IMG/VR virus record: IMGVR_UViG_3300006188_000003
Reading direction: 5' to 3' (one strand)
From: a virus
Length of the DNA stretch: 56,778 nt
Part shown: positions 1-5,449 of the stretch, in pieces
Position numbering within the stretch: the stretch's first letter is position 1
How the letters are laid out: each line of letters begins with the position of its first letter
Notes under the pieces: generated by a model
Database searches by the model: none
The model's input: the letters and a program-made list of their open reading frames with translations, nothing else
What the model was told of the DNA's origin: nothing
Position numbers and translations under genes: made by a program

Positions 1-27
1 GCGGAGAGAGAGGGATTCGAACCCCCG
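1..27 (-). repeat. att core, integrase-distal copy (displaced 3' end of tRNA)
   Basis: GCGGAGAGAGAGGGATTCGAACCCCCG is identical to 56752..56778. Its reverse complement carries a T-arm and the acceptor 3' strand, but no matching 5' tRNA half follows at 28..90. Confidence 0.85.
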
Positions 28-99
28 CAACTTAATTTTATCTTTCGTTTGACTAACAAGACTTTACAGAACCGTCAATTTATAATATGTGCCTTTCCG

Positions 100-128
100 T
101 TTGAGTTTATTTGAGTTTTTATTTGAGG
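100..128 (+). repeat. Three direct copies of ATTTGAG(T/G)T, putative integrase arm-type sites
   Basis: TTTGAGTT at 100 and 110 and TTTGAGG at 122, spaced 10-12 bp apart, about 73 bp inside the att core. The same motif in the same orientation recurs at 56678..56698. Confidence 0.5.
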
Positions 129-156
129 TTTTCGATGGAGGTAATCCTCCGCTTTC

Positions 157-729
157 TCACCATTCTTTTTTGGTTTCAAAAGAGGCCCGCACCTGAGTTA
201 GAAAAGTTTCGAAGAAGGCTTCCAGATCTCTTTTAGCTCTCTCAGATTTTAGCTTCCTGTGAGAATTCCAGATTCCCAAGTAACTGCCATCTAATGTGTT
301 GTTCGATACTAGCTCAAGGTATTGCAGATGCCCTGTCGACGTACACGTCAGCTTAAATGAGGGTGCCTGAATCCTTATCTTTTCATCTTTAAATTCAAAA
401 TTGATGGTATAGTCGATATTAAAAAGATGCAGGGCATTTCTCCCAATTGCATCTACGGCAAATCCATTTAGCGTAACGGATTCATCCTGGACTTCGCTAA
501 TGACATTCTTAGGGTTTACAAACTTCTTTTGGGCATACAGCAAGACTGATTTATATAGGTCGGCCTTTTTCTGTCCAGGAATAGAAATAATTAGATAGTC
601 ATTTGAACTGTCAGATGCATCCCTGAAGCCTGAAGGAGTGAGAACAAAGGAGGGCGTTGTTCGAGGCGTGGTCTGCCCAGGGGCCGAAGCTACAAGACAG
701 AAGGTCGATATAAATAACAAAACCTTCAT
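157..729 (-). CDS. Secreted protein of unknown function (lysogeny-side cargo; weak resemblance to DUF4468-type Bacteroidota proteins)
   Basis: Start moved to ATG 729. MKVLLFISTFCLVASAPG/QTT is a Sec signal peptide with Gln at +1. AT-rich by eye. It is the last gene before att and is co-oriented with the repressor. Confidence 0.7.
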   Translation of the reverse strand: MKVLLFISTFCLVASAPGQTTPRTTPSFVLTPSGFRDASDSSNDYLIISIPGQKKADLYKSVLLYAQKKFVNPKNVISEVQDESVTLNGFAVDAIGRNALHLFNIDYTINFEFKDEKIRIQAPSFKLTCTSTGHLQYLELVSNNTLDGSYLGIWNSHRKLKSERAKRDLEAFFETFLTQVRASFETKKEW

Positions 730-793
730 GTTCTTTAATCGGAGGTTTTTAAAAGTCATTTGCATGATAAATTTCATATATAGGTATAAATAC

Positions 794-1006
794 CTATTTT
801 TTATATCGCGTATTGCCTGTACTTCCGAATTTATTAATTTGCTCATCCCTTCTACCTCTTCCATGAAAATCACCCACTTCTAGTTTTACTCCTGTTGCAC
901 TAATCATCATTGTTTCACCCTTAAACCACACTTCATCGGTATGGATACTCCCTGCCTGACCTGTACTAATCGATGCATTGCGTTTCAGAGACTCGGATCC
1001 TTTCAT
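794..1006 (-). CDS. Small hypothetical protein (70 aa) immediately downstream of the repressor
   Basis: ATG at 1006 abuts the repressor stop at 1008 on the same strand. No recognisable domain. Confidence 0.3.
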   Translation of the reverse strand: MKGSESLKRNASISTGQAGSIHTDEVWFKGETMMISATGVKLEVGDFHGRGRRDEQINKFGSTGNTRYKK

Positions 1007-1007
1007 C

Positions 1008-1511
1008 CTATTTATTGTCGTCATCCCCAGAAGAACCGTTTCTTCCAGCTGTTAGCAGCGCCAGATCGGCCATTATTTTCTCAGAGTCTACTGATAAAGT
1101 TTCTATCCCCGCCAATGCCTCGTTTAAATTAGTTTCGATCTTGGCCTGGCTCTCCTGCCGGGCCATATTTTTTTCGATGTTTTTTAAGATTTCGGTCTGT
1201 GCAGCAAAAGCCTTTGCTTGATCGCGGTAAGCCTCTGCCATCAATGTGAGGACCTTCTTCAACTCACTATTTCCGACTCCCTCATCATCAGTATCATTTT
1301 GTTCTATTCCCTCGTACGCAGCTAACAAATCCTTTCGACTAATTCCAAGGATTGCGCCCAACTCCTGCAACCTCGGCCACTTTGGGATTCTCCTTCCATC
1401 CTCATAAAATGCATAGGCTCTTTGAGTTATACCCAATTTGTCGCCCACGTCTTGTTGAGACATTTTCTTTTCTAATCGGGCCCTTTTCAATATTTCAGAA
1501 ACTTGATTCAA
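1008..1511 (-). CDS. XRE-family HTH repressor (CI-like), without an S24 peptidase domain
   Basis: HTH_3 motif LKRARLEKKMSQQDVGDKLGITQRAYAFYEDGRRIP with a coiled-coil C-terminus. The only start that keeps helix 1 is TTG at 1511. Divergent from the early operon. Confidence 0.8.
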   Translation of the reverse strand: MNQVSEILKRARLEKKMSQQDVGDKLGITQRAYAFYEDGRRIPKWPRLQELGAILGISRKDLLAAYEGIEQNDTDDEGVGNSELKKVLTLMAEAYRDQAKAFAAQTEILKNIEKNMARQESQAKIETNLNEALAGIETLSVDSEKIMADLALLTAGRNGSSGDDDNK

Positions 1512-1539
1512 ATCAATAAAGTTCTAAACAAGAAATAAA

Positions 1540-1578
1540 TGCTACTAAAAGTTTGGATGTTAGAAGCGTTTGCTACTA
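1540..1578 (+). promoter_or_regulatory. Two direct TGCTACTA boxes, candidate operators in the repressor/Cro intergenic region
   Basis: TGCTACTA at 1540..1547 and 1571..1578, 31 bp apart. The second box overlaps the -7 element of the rightward promoter. Confidence 0.4.
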
Positions 1579-1584
1579 TATTTG
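1552..1584 (+). promoter_or_regulatory. Rightward early promoter, Bacteroidota sigma-A type
   Basis: TTTG (1552..1555), a 21-nt spacer, then TATATTTG (1577..1584). This matches the TTTG / TAnnTTTG consensus exactly and lies about 33 bp upstream of ATG 1617. Confidence 0.6.
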
Positions 1585-1616
1585 TTTCATAATCGTTACA
1601 CGAAACGAATATACAA

Positions 1617-1847
1617 ATGAAAGTTAAGCAAAAGATATTGGACGTCATAGATAACCCGATTATTCGGACTTCAATTGCTGGCGAACTGCGTGTTGGCGAA
1701 CAGACTGTCGCTATTCATATGCGCCGCAATGCTTCCAATGGACGAATGACAAAAATGGATTTTTTACAGGCTATCAGTAGGGTGGCTAGTGTAGGAGTGG
1801 ATGAGATCTTAGAAGAAGAGGGTGAAACGACCATTGAAGGTATTTAA
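1617..1847 (+). CDS. Cro-like small DNA-binding protein
   Basis: First gene of the operon divergent from the repressor. Candidate HTH is RTSIAGELRVGEQTVAIHMRRN. Confidence 0.55.
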   Translation: MKVKQKILDVIDNPIIRTSIAGELRVGEQTVAIHMRRNASNGRMTKMDFLQAISRVASVGVDEILEEEGETTIEGI

Positions 1848-1924
1848 ACCCCCAAAGGGCACAAAGATAGGGGAGTGCCAGATTCCACCCAAATACAACT
1901 ATTGCATATAACCGATTTTAACTG

Positions 1925-2137
1925 ATGGATAGCAAACAAGAGTTTCGACGTCTCCGCAACGTCCTCCAGAAGGGTCTCCAGCAGCTGGATGTTCTCGAAA
2001 AAGCATACGAGGAACGGACAGCGCTGGCCCCTAAAGGAAAGAAGAGAAAGTTTTCCCTGCGGCAGGAGCTGGAGCACAATGCGGAATTGGGGATATGGCG
2101 CAAACCCACAGGTCTCATAAAATCTAAACATAAGTAA
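1925..2137 (+). CDS. Hypothetical early protein
   Basis: ATG ORF of 70 aa, basic and helical, tightly followed by the next ORF. Confidence 0.55.
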   Translation: MDSKQEFRRLRNVLQKGLQQLDVLEKAYEERTALAPKGKKRKFSLRQELEHNAELGIWRKPTGLIKSKHK

Positions 2138-2138
2138 G

Positions 2139-2414
2139 ATGTACAACGAACTATCTACTGCCGAAACGATCACCCACCACTTTGTGGATGATGCTGTGCC
2201 TGCTTACGAGGCAATGGAGAGCTTTCGCCGGCACTTTCCCCTGACGAATCCCCAAGTTTCAAACGACGGTCGATCGATGACCTATCAGGCGACAGCCACC
2301 CGGGATTCGCGGTTGTGTACAGCACATGCCATGGAACTGATCGACACCCTTCAGCTGCCACTTCAACCGATCATCCTGGACAACAAGGTCTGGATCCTAT
2401 ATACCGGCAAGTAG
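2139..2414 (+). CDS. Hypothetical early protein
   Basis: ATG ORF of 91 aa. Its stop TAG at 2412..2414 abuts hammerhead stem I. Confidence 0.6.
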   Translation: MYNELSTAETITHHFVDDAVPAYEAMESFRRHFPLTNPQVSNDGRSMTYQATATRDSRLCTAHAMELIDTLQLPLQPIILDNKVWILYTGK

Positions 2415-2492
2415 GTTAACTGATGAGCCCTCTATGGGCGAAACCGGGCGCGGAATAAAATAGTACCTGCTGAATGCGCTCAGGTCTTAACC
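2414..2492 (+). ncRNA. Type I hammerhead self-cleaving ribozyme (predicted cleavage between 2486 and 2487)
   Basis: Stem I is GGTTAA 2414-2419 paired with TTAACC 2487-2492. Core is CTGATGA 2420-2426. Stem II is GCCC/GGGC with loop TCTAT. GAA is at 2440-2442. Stem III starts with A2443-T2485, and the cleavage triplet is GTC 2484-2486. All invariant core positions are present. Confidence 0.8.
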
Positions 2493-2500
2493 AACGAGTA

Positions 2501-2656
2501 ATGAGCAACGACCGCATATACACCGATGTTCCGAACTGTGCCTTCCACAAGATCCTCCGGCAGTATGCCATTGAGATCGGCCGGCCCATTCTGACGATTC
2601 AGCAGCAGCGGATCATGCTTATCAATTATTCCTTTTTCGCTATAACCTTAAACTAA
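2501..2656 (+). CDS. Hypothetical small protein (51 aa)
   Basis: Start placed at ATG 2501, because the upstream ATG 2474 lies inside hammerhead stem III and upstream of the cleavage site. Confidence 0.45.
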   Translation: MSNDRIYTDVPNCAFHKILRQYAIEIGRPILTIQQQRIMLINYSFFAITLN

Positions 2657-2657
2657 A

Positions 2658-2849
2658 ATGAAGAAACTCATGAAAATCGCTCGAATTGGCACCTGGTTCT
2701 GTGCCGCCCTTTTTTGCAGCGCGATCTGGGGATGGGTAATTTCCCGGCAGATGAGGTTCGCCTTCTTGGCAGGTGCGGCTGTAGCAGGTGCATGGCTCTT
2801 TTCCTATTGTTTTAAACAATTCAAACGCATCGCCAATGGACCCCTTTAA
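2658..2849 (+). CDS. Small membrane protein (2 predicted TM helices)
   Basis: Hydrophobic segments IARIGTWFCAALFCSAIWGWVI and FAFLAGAAVAGAWLFSYCF. Confidence 0.6.
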   Translation: MKKLMKIARIGTWFCAALFCSAIWGWVISRQMRFAFLAGAAVAGAWLFSYCFKQFKRIANGPL

Positions 2850-2994
2850 ACTCATTTTGAGCATCCTGGTTTTTGTTGCCCTTTACGTTGGGTATCAGTG
2901 GGGCAAGACCCGTGATGAGCGTCGCCGAGCCCGTGAGAGGAGGATGTTCTGGGAGCGGGAGGAGGCGAAACTGCCGAAGGCAAATAGAAAATAG
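2836..2994 (+). CDS. Small single-pass membrane protein (52 aa)
   Basis: ATG 2836: MDPFKLILSILVFVALYVGYQW followed by an Arg/Glu-rich tail. Confidence 0.5.
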   Translation: MDPFKLILSILVFVALYVGYQWGKTRDERRRARERRMFWEREEAKLPKANRK

Positions 2995-3381
2995 AAAATC
3001 TTTTGATATAAAACATATCGCAAGGTTACTCGTGACGGTCTTTTGTGGCGTGGCTTTCCTGATGGTCATCAACCTTATGACCGGTTGCCGGAAGGAGCTG
3101 CCCGTAGAGTCGCCGGCAACGCCGACGCCGAAGCAGAAATGCAGCTGCCGGCCGATGCCCCAGGTAGATACTACGCATGCATCCACGTTAGACCCAGGAA
3201 CCTGATTAGCGTCCTTGGACGCTTCTGGGGTTGATTCGCACCCTCTCACCTGGCGGCTGGAGATGGGAAGCGGTCCCCACCTCTTTAATCTGTCCGGGCA
3301 GTCTCCCGAAGAGTTCTTTACAATCTTCCGTCTTTGACGGAAAAATCTCAAACAGGGCCGGCTCCATACTGCCGGCCAAAT

Positions 3382-3449
3382 GGGGAAGTAGTTCAGCGGT
3401 AGAACAGGCTCGCAACGCCTAGTCGGTGGTTCGAATCCATCCTTCTCCA
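3382..3449 (+). tRNA. tRNA-like gene (68 nt) with canonical acceptor, D and T arms but only a 3-4 bp anticodon stem
   Basis: GGGGAAG-TA-GTTC-AGCGGTA-GAAC-A-GGC-TCGCAAC-GCC-TAGTC-GGTGG-TTCGAAT-CCATC-CTTCTCC-A. The 5' half closely resembles bacterial tRNA-Gly. The loop would read GCA with C at position 33. CCA is not encoded. Confidence 0.5.
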
Positions 3450-3582
3450 CGCTCTTAGGCGGGATATAAGCAGACCAGCGCAGCGGTGGCGAGGCTGGCA
3501 TACCGCGGAAGACCACCCCAGCCGATGGCAGGCTGACGATCGGGAAAGACCGGGTGACTCTTAGGAATACCAGCTAAGTGAA

Positions 3583-3650
3583 AGGGATGCGCGCTATCAG
3601 ACCCGCGCGGGCAGGGTAGCAACGAAAAGGGTTCGACTCCCGGCATCCCT
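3583..3650 (+). ncRNA. 68-nt stem-closed element carrying a T-loop-like motif
   Basis: AGGGATGC 3583-3590 pairs with GCATCCCT 3643-3650. Internally there is GGG-TTCGACT-CCC and a GCTA..TAGC arm enclosing CCC-GCGC-GGG. It does not fold as a cloverleaf. Confidence 0.3.
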
Positions 3651-3691
3651 CAAGTAGAATTATTCTACAGTTTAGGGTTTAGGGGTTATTG

Positions 3692-3720
3692 GCGGGATGT
3701 TTCTACGTCCCGCACCTTTT
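3692..3720 (+). terminator. Terminator-like hairpin inside the non-coding locus
   Basis: GCGGGA (3692-3697) pairs with TCCCGC (3708-3713) across a 10-nt loop, followed by ACCTTTT. Confidence 0.4.
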
Positions 3721-3743
3721 AATAGTTCTTTGAATCAACATAA

Positions 3744-3870
3744 TTGCGGGTGGCGGAATAAGACGCTAACCAGGTGGGCTAACAGGTAACAGACGACAAA
3801 GCGCGACAAGTCCGGAAACTAACCACCATGCAGGTATGAGACAATCCTGCCCCGCAAACATATTTTTTTT
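3744..3870 (+). ncRNA. Candidate structured small RNA closed by a long-range stem and ending in a T-run
   Basis: TTGCGGG 3744-3750 pairs with CCCGCAA 3851-3857, nested GGTGG 3750-3754 pairs with CCACC 3824-3828, and GCTAAC(C)AGGT occurs twice. T8 at 3863-3870. No ORF. Confidence 0.25.
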
Positions 3871-3873
3871 GAT

Positions 3874-4233
3874 ATGTCAACTGATGCCCTACGACCTGAT
3901 CCCAGGCAGGGGGCCATTCTCAGGTCCATAATAGGATATTGGATTTTAGCACCCTCCGGCTGGTCTCAGCTGGAGGACCATTTTAAAAAATTTTTTATGA
4001 ATACTTACAGAGAACGTGTACAGGCTCTTATTGAAACCCTTCAGGCTTGCTATGACGAGGCAGGGGTGTTAAGGGATTACTCAGACGGGGAATCTATGAA
4101 AGCGCCTTTTAATAATGCCAGGCGTTTGCTGGTGGACGTGTGGAGTCCTCTCCAATCACTAGATAACCGCCTGCCTGACGATGTAGCTGCAATGAACACG
4201 AAGGGCTGCGGTTTGGTCAAGGAATCTAAGTAA
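3874..4233 (+). CDS. Hypothetical protein (start uncertain; alternative ATG at 3997)
   Basis: ATG ORF of 119 aa. The C-terminal two thirds look protein-like and helical. Confidence 0.5.
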   Translation: MSTDALRPDPRQGAILRSIIGYWILAPSGWSQLEDHFKKFFMNTYRERVQALIETLQACYDEAGVLRDYSDGESMKAPFNNARRLLVDVWSPLQSLDNRLPDDVAAMNTKGCGLVKESK

Positions 4234-4266
4234 ACCTGCCGGGAGGAATAGCCCGGTTCTATATAT

Positions 4267-4392
4267 ATGCGTGATATTTTCGGCGACGAACGTGACCAAC
4301 TGGAACGCGACAACTGGGCCGCTGCCTTACAAGGCTGTGGTCCCGGCGATGAAGAAGACGACGAGACGGAAGACGTAGTAGACGAAGCGTAG
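4267..4392 (+). CDS. Very acidic micro-protein (41 aa)
   Basis: MRDIFGDERDQLERDNWAAALQGCGPGDEEDDETEDVVDEA. Below the ORF-track cutoff. Followed by a GC-rich hairpin. Confidence 0.3.
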   Translation: MRDIFGDERDQLERDNWAAALQGCGPGDEEDDETEDVVDEA

Positions 4393-4418
4393 CATCCAAT
4401 GGGTTATGAGAAGTAAAA

Positions 4419-4446
4419 GGGCCGGGTGTTGAGCCCCGGCCCCTTT
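4419..4446 (+). terminator. GC-rich hairpin, probable intrinsic terminator or attenuator upstream of recT
   Basis: GGGCCGGG 4419-4426 pairs with CCCGGCCC 4435-4442 across an 8-nt loop, followed by CTTTG. Confidence 0.45.
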
Positions 4447-4471
4447 GTAAAACAATTCAATCACAAACGAT

Positions 4472-5434
4472 ATGAGCACAAATGTAATGAATTCGCAAAA
4501 CAGTATCATGCAGGTTCTCAAAGACACGGCGCCGGCTGCCATTGCAGAGCTGGACTTCGTGCGTGACCGGTATGTCCAGAACTATAACGCCTGCCACCGG
4601 GAAAAGGTGGGCGAGTTGATGTATCACCGCAACGTGATCCACTTTAAGCAGATCCTCGCCGGCAGCGACAAGCTGCGGGCATGCGATCCTTTCAGCCTAT
4701 ACGCTGTATTTGCAACAGCTGCTGTCAACGGGTACAGCCTGGATCCGCAGGACGACGAAGTATACATTGTTCCAAGAGACGGTAAGGCGGTCCTCCAGCG
4801 TCAGGCAGGAGCCTATGTCCGCAAGCTGAAACGCTCCGGGCAGATCCTCGATGCCAACAAGCCCGTCCTGGTCTATCAGGGGGATACCTACCAGGTGCAG
4901 AACGGCAGGGTCATTCTCCATGTCGAGAACTTCCAGAGTGACATAATTGTCGCCGGTTATATCAGGTTCGAGCTGGACAGCACCGGTCGCGACTTATATG
5001 CTACCTATCGCAGGTCTGACTGGGAGAGCTGGCGCGAGAAGTCGCAGATGAAGGATGGCCCGAATTGGAACCACCGGGGCGCTGGCCAACCGCAGCCCGA
5101 GTTCCTGAAGACAAAGATCACGTTACATGCATGTAAGGCGAAGCATTGGGCTATCGGCACTACTCCTGCCAATGTAGAACAGTTTACCGACATAGAGGTG
5201 GATGTCGACGACAGCCAACCGGTGGATCGCGCACATGCCTTACAGGCCCACCCCATCGGGCAGGCGACGCGGCCTTTCCAGACGGCCCAACAGATTCCGA
5301 GCACTTCTAATCCACAGGTAGGTCCTTCGCCAGGAGGAGTAGCTGCAGGAGCATCTGCCAACGGCTTCGCACAAGAATCCCAGAGCAGCGGCAAAGGCTC
5401 CGTATCATTCGAAGACCCTGAAGTATCATTTTAA
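4472..5434 (+). CDS. recT: RecT-family single-strand annealing recombinase
   Basis: SLYAVFATAAVNGYSLDPQDDEVYIVPRDGKAVLQRQAGAYVRKLKRSGQI fits the RecT core pattern. A PD-(D/E)XK exonuclease lies downstream. Confidence 0.7.
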   Translation: MSTNVMNSQNSIMQVLKDTAPAAIAELDFVRDRYVQNYNACHREKVGELMYHRNVIHFKQILAGSDKLRACDPFSLYAVFATAAVNGYSLDPQDDEVYIVPRDGKAVLQRQAGAYVRKLKRSGQILDANKPVLVYQGDTYQVQNGRVILHVENFQSDIIVAGYIRFELDSTGRDLYATYRRSDWESWREKSQMKDGPNWNHRGAGQPQPEFLKTKITLHACKAKHWAIGTTPANVEQFTDIEVDVDDSQPVDRAHALQAHPIGQATRPFQTAQQIPSTSNPQVGPSPGGVAAGASANGFAQESQSSGKGSVSFEDPEVSF

Positions 5435-5449
5435 TCACCCGTTAAATAC

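Noticed and set aside
2474-2500. ATG 2474 as the start of the ORF 2474..2656
   Set aside because: This ATG lies inside hammerhead stem III and upstream of the predicted cleavage site. ATG 2501, 14 nt downstream of the cleavage site, is the more plausible start.
3032-3205. Possible 57-aa lipoprotein (..VFCGVAFLMVINLMTGC/RKELP..) at the start of the non-coding locus
   Set aside because: The hydrophobic segment plus the LMTGC lipobox look real. However, the only canonical start (GTG 3032) removes the basic n-region, and a full signal peptide would need an ATA or ATC start. I did not call it as a feature. It remains possible and would shrink the non-coding locus to about 3206..3873.
2821-3516. 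231-aa minus-strand ORF, plus the overlapping plus-strand ORFs 2873..3205, 3043..3234 and 3231..3422
   Set aside because: They overlap each other and run through the tRNA-like gene and GC-rich hairpins. Their composition is Pro/Arg/Gly-rich junk. I treat the region as non-coding RNA rather than protein-coding.
3533-3560. Second hammerhead-like core: CTGACGA followed by GAAA
   Set aside because: Only 4 nt (TCGG) separate the A9 equivalent from GAAA, so no stem II hairpin can form. The alternative TCGG/CCGG stem is not followed by GAAA. No GUH site with flanking stems is evident.
3583-3650. tmRNA tRNA-like domain or an ordinary second tRNA
   Set aside because: The T-stem is only 3 bp, there is no D-arm with GG, no tag-reading-frame context, and no cloverleaf. 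It is kept only as an unclassified T-loop-containing element.
3744-3857. Resemblance to SRP (4.5S) RNA (ACCAGGT... GTCCGGAA)
   Set aside because: The GGAA is not closed by the conserved domain IV helix, and the symmetric and asymmetric loop motifs are absent. The similarity is limited to short strings.
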